In this document: in pieces, positions 36,231 through 43,915 of the stretch
How positions within the stretch are numbered: position 1 is the first letter of the stretch
Layout of the letters: every line of letters begins with the position of its first letter
Origin: an uncultured Leptospirales bacterium
GTDB taxonomy: Bacteria > Spirochaetota > UBA4802 > UBA5550
NCBI GenBank assembly: GCA_964514165.1
Contig: CAZEPS010000003.1
Location: 1 to 50,168, forward strand
Length of the DNA stretch: 50,168 nucleotides
Direction of reading: 5' to 3'
Made by a program: the position numbers and the translations under genes
The notes under the pieces: generated by a model
The model's database searches: none
What the model saw: the letters and a program-made list of their open reading frames with translations, nothing else
Told to the model about the DNA's origin: nothing

Positions 36231-36395
36231 ATGAGGAAAAAAGAGATGAAGGTTCCTGTTGAGGTATATTCACGGGTGGTCGGTTACTTCAGGCCGGTTA
36301 ACCAGTGGAACAAAGGGAAGAGAGAAGAATTCATCGAGAGAAAAGTATATACCGTGGAAAGCACTCCTGTGTATGAATATCAGGGGAATCTATAA
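36231..36395 (+). CDS. 54-aa ORF carrying the NrdD glycyl-radical motif
   Basis: Not in the track because it is under 60 aa. AGGAG lies 6 nt upstream of the ATG. The product is MRKKEMKVPVEVYSRVVGYFRPVNQWNKGKREEFIERKVYTVESTPVYEYQGNL. The RVVGYFRPV..WNKGK..EF..R signature normally forms the C-terminus of NrdD. The reading frame differs from nrdD, and the ORF overlaps the nrdG start by 23 nt. Confidence 0.75.
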   Translation: MRKKEMKVPVEVYSRVVGYFRPVNQWNKGKREEFIERKVYTVESTPVYEYQGNL

Positions 36396-37071
36396 AACCT
36401 CGTTAATCGATTACCCCGGTAAAATCTGTACGGTCTTATTCAGCGGCGGCTGCAACCTCAGGTGCCGGTACTGTCACAACCGGGACCTGGCGTGCAACAG
36501 CGACAGTCTCCCTCACTATACCAGCGAAGAAGTCCTGAATTTTCTGGCTTCGCGGAAACACCTCATCGAAGGGGTTACCCTCTCCGGGGGGGAGCCGACC
36601 CTGTCTGATGATATCTACCAGTTTGCCGCCTCCATAAAGGATTACGGCCTGTCAGTAAAGATCGACACCAACGGATTGAAACCGGACACGTTGGCCCGTC
36701 TTATCGAACGGGGCCTGGTCGATTATATCGCACTGGATGTCAAGACCTCACCGGACAAATATCCCGATCTGGCTGGAACCACCGTCGATTTTACCCTTAT
36801 AAAAAATACGGTATCTGTTCTCAAATCCGGGGACATTGATTACGAGATACGGACCACCTGTGTCCCCGGTTACGTTACCGGGGAAGATCTCTCAATCATC
36901 GGCAATCACATCGGCCCTGTGAAAAGATACTACCTCCAGCAGTTCAGGGCCGCCGGGGACCTTATCGATGAATCCCTGGGGGTCCTGCAGCCCTACCCGG
37001 TATATGTCCTCGATGAGTTCTGTAAAAGGGTGCTCAATTTTTCCGATTATTGCGCCATCCGGGGAAGATAA
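36373..37071 (+). CDS. nrdG: anaerobic ribonucleotide reductase activating protein (radical SAM)
   Basis: MNIRGIYKTSLIDYPGKICTVLFSGGCNLRCRYCHN (CX3CX2C) and GVTLSGGEPT. Track ORF 36259..37071 has an artefactual N-terminal extension that reads across the glycyl-radical ORF in another frame. Confidence 0.88.
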   Translation: MNIRGIYKTSLIDYPGKICTVLFSGGCNLRCRYCHNRDLACNSDSLPHYTSEEVLNFLASRKHLIEGVTLSGGEPTLSDDIYQFAASIKDYGLSVKIDTNGLKPDTLARLIERGLVDYIALDVKTSPDKYPDLAGTTVDFTLIKNTVSVLKSGDIDYEIRTTCVPGYVTGEDLSIIGNHIGPVKRYYLQQFRAAGDLIDESLGVLQPYPVYVLDEFCKRVLNFSDYCAIRGR

Positions 37072-37124
37072 TCAACCCTGAGGGGTCTTTCAGGAACGAA
37101 AAAGTAATTTACAGTATTAATCCC

Positions 37125-37868
37125 ATGGCTGATACTTTCCGAAAAACCATAATTCCAACGCACACTATGAACAGGTTAGATATTCTCAAGAAAATATTCC
37201 AACCTTTTGACAGAATACATCAGTCACTGGGAACAGCCTGCATCGAGCTTGTTGATCTCAGTGGCGGGTCTCCTGCTTCCCTGTATAAAAAAACCTACGA
37301 TGACATGTTCACTCCCCTTGATTTTAAACAGGTTATCGAACAGGGCCCCATTAATAGTATTACTGAACCAGCCTTTCTAACCCTGAAGGCGAATGACGAA
37401 AAGGATATCCACTGTTCTGTCAGCCCGGTCGTTACGGAAAATGAAACAATCGCGCACCTGATAACCTGGCACAGGGAACCGGTTGCTGAACAGAGCAAAC
37501 CCCTCCTTGCCTACGCATCAGGGGTCCTTTCACTTCTGGCGGATATCCCCGCCGGGGAAGACCCCGCCCATACCGGGGATCACCGGTACAAGGAAGAGCT
37601 CATGAAAATGAGGAACATCCTGAAAGACATCACCCTCCAGCTCGAACCCGGGGACGCCCTCTTCTACTCTTCCACCGGGGCGAAGAGCGTCACATCAGAG
37701 GACGGTGCCATGATATTCGGGGAAGACCGGCTCATCCAGCACTTCATTAAAAACATGCAGAGCCCCTCCCTCGAAATTGTCCACAACCTGACCGACACCC
37801 TGTACGAGTTTTCCAACTATTGCCAGAACGAGAACGACATCCTGCTGTTGAGCGTAAAAAAGGGATAG
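37125..37868 (+). CDS. hypothetical protein with a SpoIIE/PP2C C-terminal-like tail that lacks catalytic motifs
   Basis: LQLEPGDALFYSSTGAKSVTSEDGAMIFGEDRLIQHF..NDILLLSVKKG parallels the last ~70 aa of SpoIIE phosphatases (GDxLLLYTDG..FGxxRL..DDITLL), but the Asp residues are replaced. No GGDxxD or DVxGHG region is present. The start is uncertain (TTG 37050, ATG 37125 or ATG 37167). Confidence 0.4.
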   Translation: MADTFRKTIIPTHTMNRLDILKKIFQPFDRIHQSLGTACIELVDLSGGSPASLYKKTYDDMFTPLDFKQVIEQGPINSITEPAFLTLKANDEKDIHCSVSPVVTENETIAHLITWHREPVAEQSKPLLAYASGVLSLLADIPAGEDPAHTGDHRYKEELMKMRNILKDITLQLEPGDALFYSSTGAKSVTSEDGAMIFGEDRLIQHFIKNMQSPSLEIVHNLTDTLYEFSNYCQNENDILLLSVKKG

Positions 37869-37876
37869 GAGATGCC

Positions 37877-38353
37877 ATGGCGGAAATAACGCTCCTCAAC
37901 GACCACCCGGAATTCGCCCCAATACTCGGCCACTGGTCTTACATGTTATGGTACCGCCACCGGGACATCAACTTTCCCACGGTGATGAAATCATACCTCC
38001 AGCGCGCGAAAAACGATATACCTCCCCTCTGCTACGTCGCGGTAGAGGACACCGCCCCGGTCGGCATGGCAACCCTGAAAAACGACGACCTATGGTCCCG
38101 AAAAGACCTCAATCCCTGGCTCGCGTCACTCTACGTGCTTGCCGACTGCCGGAAAAAGGGGATTGCCGGCGAGCTGATAAACGCGGTTCTGACAAAGGCG
38201 AGGGAACTCGGTTTCGGCAGGGTATTTCTCTTCCTCGGCCAGGAGGAGCAGGACCGCCTCGTTGACTTTTACGAGTCGCGGGGATGGGAATTCTACGAGG
38301 ATGCCCTGGACAACGACGGGCTTCCCACCAGGATTTATTACCGGGACCTGTAA
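37877..38353 (+). CDS. GNAT-family N-acetyltransferase
   Basis: ATG at 37877 preceded by AGGAG. The acetyl-CoA motif is LYVLADCRKKGIAGELINAV (R/QxxGxG/A). 158 aa. Confidence 0.75.
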   Translation: MAEITLLNDHPEFAPILGHWSYMLWYRHRDINFPTVMKSYLQRAKNDIPPLCYVAVEDTAPVGMATLKNDDLWSRKDLNPWLASLYVLADCRKKGIAGELINAVLTKARELGFGRVFLFLGQEEQDRLVDFYESRGWEFYEDALDNDGLPTRIYYRDL

Positions 38354-38362
38354 CCCTTTCCG

Positions 38363-40666
38363 CTACATCGACGAGGTATTGATGATGAAGCGGACCGAAT
38401 TTTCATCGATCATCAGCTTCTTTGAGATCTCGTCGGAGCTCCACCCCTTGTCCGAGAGATCACGCACGGTTTTCACGATGTTCTCGTTCAGGTTCTTCCC
38501 CTGGCCCCCCCCCGGTTTAACCTGTTTCATGATAGGATTGTTTTTGTCAACCACCTGGAGAAAGTCGGCGAACTGTTTCATCTTCCTGTCGGTTTCATTG
38601 AACATGGTCTGCAGTTTCGTGTCGGTGTCGTCGATGTCCTTCCGAAGCGACTCCATCTTCTGGAACATGGCGTAGATCTGCTTGATACGCTCTTCCAGGT
38701 GTATCGAGAGGCCGTCGAGTTCGCTGAACTTGTCCTTGACCTCCTGGATGTCGTGCTCCCGGGTTTTCAGTATAAGGGTGTTTTCCTCCACCTCCTGGAG
38801 GTGTTTGGTAAGCTTGTCTATCCGTTTGTCAGATCTCTCCAGTATATTCTGGAAGGACTTGATCCGCGAGTCGATGGCCTGGGTGACGATTTCCGCCCTG
38901 TTCGCGGATTCCAGGTTTTTGGTAATCACGTCCTCGTACTCCCTGAGCTCCTCGACCCGGGTGTCGAGATCGGTATAACTCCTCGACAGGGCGTCAATCT
39001 TGGACTGGATCGCGTCGATGCGTGAGATGTTCTCCTGCAGTTCTTCGGAACGGTGCATGAAATGATCGCTCAGATCCATGAGTCCGCGGATCTCGCTCTC
39101 AAAATCAGAGAGCATTTCCCGCTTGCCCTGGTACGCCCTGATCTCCCGGTCCATGGTCTTCCTCATGTCCTTAATCTCCTCAACGTCACCAAGGAACTTG
39201 TCATACATATCAGACTGGTTCTGGACGTCGTTCAGCATCCCCTGGAGGCGGGAAATCGATCCCTCCACCTTCTGGACCATGTCATCGGTCCTGCTAAAGA
39301 TTTCCGTGCTCTTTTCAAACTGCTCTATTTCGCCCTTCACCTCGTCAACACGTTTTTCCATCAGCGAGAATTCCCTCCTGACCTCCTCCATGTAATTAGT
39401 GACCGTGCTGTCGAACCGGTTTTCATAGGAATTGAGCCGGTCGGTAAGGGTGCTGAACCTGATCTCGATGCCCTGGTATTCCGACTCAATGTGCTCGATC
39501 TTGTCCTCGGCGGTCTTGACAAGACGGCTTTCAAGCTCGACAAACTTGTCCTCGAAATCACCGATTTTGTTCATGATCTCTTCAGCTTCCTTGCGGGTCG
39601 CCTGTACGATTTCATCCTTCTTGGAAATAGCGTGTATGCTCAGGTTGTCAAGCTCTGTCCTGACCTTGCTGACCTCCTTTTCGAAGGTCTTGATGAGCCT
39701 CTCCTTGGACTCGTCCACGTTACGCTCGACGCTGTTGAGCTTGCCGTAGACGTGGCCGACATCCTGCTCCAGCTTCTCGAAGAGCTTTTCCTTGTCGCTG
39801 TCAAAGTCTGAAAGGGTTTTGCTTATCTCGTTCTTTATTTCGCCGGAACGGACCTTCAGGTCCGAGAATACGCTGTTCTCCAGGTCGGACATGGTCTTTT
39901 TAAGTTCGTTGAGCTGCACACTCAGGGTGGAGGCCCCCTCAATGGACAGGGCCACGGTGTCGACCTCTTTCTTGAAGTTCTCGAAGATAATCTCACCAGT
40001 ATCGGTGAGACGCTGTTCCATGTTCGACAGGGATGCCGAGAACTTGTTCGAGAGTTCCGTCAACCGTTTGTCCGTGTTCTCGATGAGCCGGCTTTCCTTG
40101 TCCCGTATCTGTTCGCTCACGGAACCGGCCTTGTCCGACATCTCTGCCGTGAAATCACGGTACTTGTCATTCAGCTTCTTGTTAAAGGTTGACATGAGCT
40201 GGGAGGTCTCACCATGCATATCGGAGAGTTTCTTCTGCATCTGGCTAATCGATTTTCCCATGTCCGTGAAGTTCTTCCTGGTCTCGGCCAGGAACTCAAT
40301 CTGCTGGTTCACGTCATTGGCGGCGTGGCTGATAAGCTGGATGTCCTCCTCCACCTTTTTCAGCTGCAGCTTTTCGACGTCAAGTCCATTGAGCCGCTCC
40401 TCCACCTCGACAAGGGAGTCCTTGAGCCCGCCGGTAAGGGCGTGGGTCCTCTTGATGAGGATGTCCATCTCGATGGTGGCGTCCTTAAACCTGCGGTTTT
40501 CGTTTTCAGCGAGCTTCTTGAATTCATCGAAGATCTTCGTGGAATACCGCTTCAGCTTGGCCATCCGCATGTTTGATTTATCCAGCCTGCGGAAGAGGAG
40601 CAGCATGCCTGCGCACACAATGAATGTGGCAATATTTAATATCATTGTTGTATCTCCCATATACAT
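38363..40666 (-). CDS. membrane-anchored long coiled-coil protein with C-terminal HTH-like segment
   Basis: 767 aa. One N-terminal TM helix (ILNIATFIVCAGMLLLF), then about 650 aa of heptad-rich E/K/L sequence. The C-terminus KTVRDLSDKGWSSDEISKKLMIDENSVRFIIN resembles a sigma-region-4/LuxR-type helix-turn-helix. Confidence 0.6.
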   Translation of the reverse strand: MYMGDTTMILNIATFIVCAGMLLLFRRLDKSNMRMAKLKRYSTKIFDEFKKLAENENRRFKDATIEMDILIKRTHALTGGLKDSLVEVEERLNGLDVEKLQLKKVEEDIQLISHAANDVNQQIEFLAETRKNFTDMGKSISQMQKKLSDMHGETSQLMSTFNKKLNDKYRDFTAEMSDKAGSVSEQIRDKESRLIENTDKRLTELSNKFSASLSNMEQRLTDTGEIIFENFKKEVDTVALSIEGASTLSVQLNELKKTMSDLENSVFSDLKVRSGEIKNEISKTLSDFDSDKEKLFEKLEQDVGHVYGKLNSVERNVDESKERLIKTFEKEVSKVRTELDNLSIHAISKKDEIVQATRKEAEEIMNKIGDFEDKFVELESRLVKTAEDKIEHIESEYQGIEIRFSTLTDRLNSYENRFDSTVTNYMEEVRREFSLMEKRVDEVKGEIEQFEKSTEIFSRTDDMVQKVEGSISRLQGMLNDVQNQSDMYDKFLGDVEEIKDMRKTMDREIRAYQGKREMLSDFESEIRGLMDLSDHFMHRSEELQENISRIDAIQSKIDALSRSYTDLDTRVEELREYEDVITKNLESANRAEIVTQAIDSRIKSFQNILERSDKRIDKLTKHLQEVEENTLILKTREHDIQEVKDKFSELDGLSIHLEERIKQIYAMFQKMESLRKDIDDTDTKLQTMFNETDRKMKQFADFLQVVDKNNPIMKQVKPGGGQGKNLNENIVKTVRDLSDKGWSSDEISKKLMIDENSVRFIINTSSM

Positions 40667-40721
40667 AGAGGATATGTGTTTCGAAAATCTGCGTAGTTGC
40701 TTACTGTTTCATGGATAGAAT

Positions 40722-40800
40722 CAATGTGACATAACACACTATCCCAGAACGAAATATAAACAATAGAATTTTTTTGTCAATTCAATTTTATGTCACATAA
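40722..40800 (-). promoter_or_regulatory. candidate promoter (TTGACA-16-TATATT, minus strand) bracketed by two copies of the palindromic 13-mer
   Basis: On the minus strand: TTATGTGACATAA (plus-strand 40788-40800), 7 nt, TTGACA (40775-80), 16 nt, TATATT (40753-58), 18 nt, then TTATGTCACATTG (40722-34). The element lies upstream of the ATG at 40666. Confidence 0.45.
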
Positions 40801-40870
40801 CGATTTATTTCGTCACCGCATTCTTTATACAATACCAGCGCGTAACCGGGAAAGAACCTTCCCTGGCAGA

Positions 40871-42871
40871 TCACCCCGACCTGACCAGGCTCCGGGAGAG
40901 AACTTCTTCTATTCTTTTTCGGGCTATGAAGAGCCCCCGGTCATGGGCCCTTTCCTCGTGGTATCCGGGAATGTGAACCAGGCGGAAATGCTGTTCCTCC
41001 GGGACCATCTCTTCCATGTCATCAACTATGATGTTCTCCTCCACCGGGATTGAGCAGCGCCGAAGATCCTTCACCGAGCCGTCGCTCCCCCTGGGCCAGT
41101 CTATATACTCGTAGCGTTCCAGAAAATCTTCGGTTATACTTCCCGTATCAGCGAGGTGCGTGAAAACCTCCCTGCTTTCATCAGCGTCGAGAAGGGTATA
41201 GACGCATACCCGGTCAAACCTCGAAAGGCAGTATTCGATGAAATCCCCCAGACCGGGACGGGAAACCATATCGTAATAGTTCGTGACCAGGGTCCCCTCG
41301 ATGTCCAGGGTCAGAGCACTCTGCACCGCGACCCTGAGCGGCTTCAGGTGATCGATCCCATCCCGCGCGCTCTTGAAACTCTCTTCCGGTCGGGGGGCCA
41401 GACACTGGTCAAAGAAGCCGTGAAATTCGTGAGGAATTGCCTTTTCAGCGGCAACCTCCTCCATGGACCGGAGAATTCTCCCTGAAAGCATCTGCCCGAA
41501 AACCACGGCCAGGGAAAAGAGATCGCCCTGGACCGAGGGGATGCTCCCGGCCACCAGATCCGGGGACATGTATTCCCTTGTTCCCGCCGGAGCCCCCCTG
41601 CTGTACGGCTCTTTCGAGTCCATGAAATTATGGGCGATCCCGAAATCGATGAGCCTGATCTCCCCCTTCTCGTTGAAGAGTATGTTGTCCGGCTTGATGT
41701 CATTGTGGGCAATCCCCCGGTCATGGATAGCGGCGAGTATGTCGAGAAGGTTTATCACGATATCTTTCGCCTTCATCGCGTTAATGACCCCGCTATCCTC
41801 CAGGAAATCGTTGAGTGAACCGCCCCCCATGTAGTCCTGTTCATAGACAAGTCCTTCGCCCGGGAAATCCCCGGGCCGTGGTCGCACCACGCCGTCATGT
41901 TCAATCCCGGCTGAGAATTTCTGTTCATTCACAAACCGCCAGTAATTCTCGTCAAATCCCCCCATGTCGCTTTTGTAGGTCTTCAGAATGACCCGTTTCC
42001 CCTTTTTCCTGTTCTCGGCAATGTATACGTCGGAAAGGCCGCCGCGCCAGATAAGCCCCTCGATACAATAGGGCCCCTTCTCCTCGCTGTCACTGAAACG
42101 CACCGGGGGCTCTTTGATGAGCCCGAGAATTCTCGAATCACCATCGAGCATTCCCCGAACAGGCCTCCCCTGGTCTTTGAACGGGACCACCCGTGAGGGT
42201 GTACCCGGAATTCCGTCCTCCCGGTAGATCCCGTTCCAACCCTCAATTCTTCGAAGAACATACAGGTGTCCCAGGGGTTTATCCCTTTCCCGGTGCCATA
42301 TAAGAAGGGGATTGAGGGAAATATACCCGCCGGTCTCAGCATCGACAAGGAGGACCGTTCCCGAATGAAGCCGTCGGTATTCGCGATCACGTTCCTCCCA
42401 GACCAGGTACTCGACACGGGGGCCCATAAGCACCCTGAAACCATAGGGTTCGACAATAACAAGGCGGTACCGGGCAAGGTAGTCGAGGGTGGAAAGGGCC
42501 TGGAAAAGGGTTTCCCTGGCCGGGAGGGCGCTCCCCCCGAGAATTCCCGCGAGCTGGAGCAGGCCGGTTCCGGGTTTGCCGGAAGTTTCCCGTGGAAAGG
42601 GGGAGCCGGGAAGGTCCATTTTGAAATCATTATAAGATGGAGGATTTACCGACAGGGATGAATCCGTACAGAGGAGGTTCGCCTGCCTGACGGCTGCCAG
42701 AAAACGCACCGCGGTGCCCGCGCACCAGGAAACCTTGCAGTGTATCTCGTCCTCGTATTCCGAAAAGCTGACCATCTCGTAAGCCCGGGAAACAGGCCTC
42801 GGCAGGCGGTACCTGACAATAAATTCTCTTTTGAAATGATCAAGCATTAATATCTGATTTTTAATTGACAA
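40871..42871 (-). CDS. Ser/Thr protein kinase fused to an unknown N-terminal domain and a C-terminal HAD/FCP1(NIF)-like domain
   Basis: 666 aa. The Hanks kinase motifs are GLIWRGGLSDVY, RVILKTY, HNDIKPDNILF, DFGIA and EYMSPD. The C-terminal LTLDIEGTLVTN plus NIIVDD resemble HAD motif I and the FCP1/SCP family, but read DxE instead of DxD. The start is TTG 42871 or ATG 42847. Confidence 0.75.
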   Translation of the reverse strand: MSIKNQILMLDHFKREFIVRYRLPRPVSRAYEMVSFSEYEDEIHCKVSWCAGTAVRFLAAVRQANLLCTDSSLSVNPPSYNDFKMDLPGSPFPRETSGKPGTGLLQLAGILGGSALPARETLFQALSTLDYLARYRLVIVEPYGFRVLMGPRVEYLVWEERDREYRRLHSGTVLLVDAETGGYISLNPLLIWHRERDKPLGHLYVLRRIEGWNGIYREDGIPGTPSRVVPFKDQGRPVRGMLDGDSRILGLIKEPPVRFSDSEEKGPYCIEGLIWRGGLSDVYIAENRKKGKRVILKTYKSDMGGFDENYWRFVNEQKFSAGIEHDGVVRPRPGDFPGEGLVYEQDYMGGGSLNDFLEDSGVINAMKAKDIVINLLDILAAIHDRGIAHNDIKPDNILFNEKGEIRLIDFGIAHNFMDSKEPYSRGAPAGTREYMSPDLVAGSIPSVQGDLFSLAVVFGQMLSGRILRSMEEVAAEKAIPHEFHGFFDQCLAPRPEESFKSARDGIDHLKPLRVAVQSALTLDIEGTLVTNYYDMVSRPGLGDFIEYCLSRFDRVCVYTLLDADESREVFTHLADTGSITEDFLERYEYIDWPRGSDGSVKDLRRCSIPVEENIIVDDMEEMVPEEQHFRLVHIPGYHEERAHDRGLFIARKRIEEVLSRSLVRSG

Positions 42872-42989
42872 ATATAGTGCTCAATTTATTTTTTTACTTT
42901 CTATTTCAGATTTACAATGCTATACTGGTAAAGTATTCTGTTAATTCAATCGAAAAAATTTCGTCATTTTATAATGAGAGGTGATATAT

Positions 42990-43148
42990 ATGAAAAGGAC
43001 ATTTCAGCCCAGCAGGATCAAAAGAAACAGAAAGCATGGTTTCAGGTCTCGCATGAGCACCCGGGCGGGCAGGCAGGTATTGTTCAGGAGAAGAAAAAAG
43101 GGGAGACATAAGCTTACCGTCTCTGACGAGAAGCGGCTGCCGAAATAG
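42990..43148 (+). CDS. rpmH: 50S ribosomal protein L34
   Basis: Not in the track because it is under 60 aa. The product is [52 protein letters not shown]. It is preceded by GAGAGGTGA and sits in the conserved position upstream of rnpA. Confidence 0.93.
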   Translation: MKRTFQPSRIKRNRKHGFRSRMSTRAGRQVLFRRRKKGRHKLTVSDEKRLPK

Positions 43149-43169
43149 CGAGTACGGGTTGCATGATAT

Positions 43170-43541
43170 TTGAAGAGGATTTATTCATTAAAAGGAAAAA
43201 AACTGTTTAATGAGGTCTATAGAAAGGGAAACAGGTTCAGTGAAAGGGGAATTACCGTTATCATAATCGAGGAAAATTTGAGCTCAGACGCATTGACATC
43301 ATATCATTCAGCGGGGAATGACGTAAAAATCGGGATTGTCGTACCGAAAAAGATCGGTCGGGCTCACGAACGAAACCGGGAAAAACGAAAAATTCGTGCC
43401 ATATGCCGTGAGCTTCTGCCAGTTATTAAAAATGGAACGCGTATTATTATCCGACTGAAAAAACACTACCAGGCCCTGCCCTTCACTGAAGGCAGGGGCG
43501 TTCTAACGTCTCTTTTTACGAGAGCGGGGATCATTCAATGA
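43170..43541 (+). CDS. rnpA: ribonuclease P protein component
   Basis: 123 aa and basic. The RNR-type motif is [17 protein letters not shown]. It lies between rpmH and yidD. Confidence 0.85.
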   Translation: MKRIYSLKGKKLFNEVYRKGNRFSERGITVIIIEENLSSDALTSYHSAGNDVKIGIVVPKKIGRAHERNREKRKIRAICRELLPVIKNGTRIIIRLKKHYQALPFTEGRGVLTSLFTRAGIIQ

Positions 43542-43813
43542 AGAAAAGTAAAAATAATCCGGTCAGGCTGTTTTCATTAATGATCGGAAAGACAATAATT
43601 TTCATCATTCAGCTGTACAGAACCGTAATTTCGCCGTTGCTTCCTCAATCATGCAGGTTTTATCCAACCTGCTCGCGGTACGCGATTGAGGCGATTAAAT
43701 CTCACGGCGTGTTAAAGGGATCCTGCCTCTCGGCAAAGAGAATCGTTCGGTGCAATCCATTTAACGATGGCGGTTTTGATCCGGTTCCCAATAATTTCAC
43801 ATTCTTTAAATAA
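43538..43813 (+). CDS. yidD: membrane protein insertion efficiency factor YidD
   Basis: [58 protein letters not shown] is the canonical YidD sequence pattern. Confidence 0.93.
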   Translation: MKKSKNNPVRLFSLMIGKTIIFIIQLYRTVISPLLPQSCRFYPTCSRYAIEAIKSHGVLKGSCLSAKRIVRCNPFNDGGFDPVPNNFTFFK

Positions 43814-43915
43814 CCATCCCTTCGCACATTCTCACCCCGACCTCTTCAATTCAGGCATGCGCCGTGAACAGACACACTGTGCAATTATAAGTCATATGAA
43901 AAGAAGGTAATAAAA

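Noticed and set aside
36259-36372. N-terminal 38 codons of track ORF 36259..37071 (nrdG extension)
   Set aside because: This stretch reads the glycyl-radical ORF in the wrong frame (MRYIHGWSVTSGRLTSG..). The conserved NrdG sequence begins at the ATG at 36373.
39053-40718. 252-aa and 308-aa antisense ORFs in the coiled-coil gene
   Set aside because: They are Leu/Ser/Phe-rich mirror frames generated by the GAA/AAG/CTG-rich coiled-coil coding strand, with no start context or motifs.
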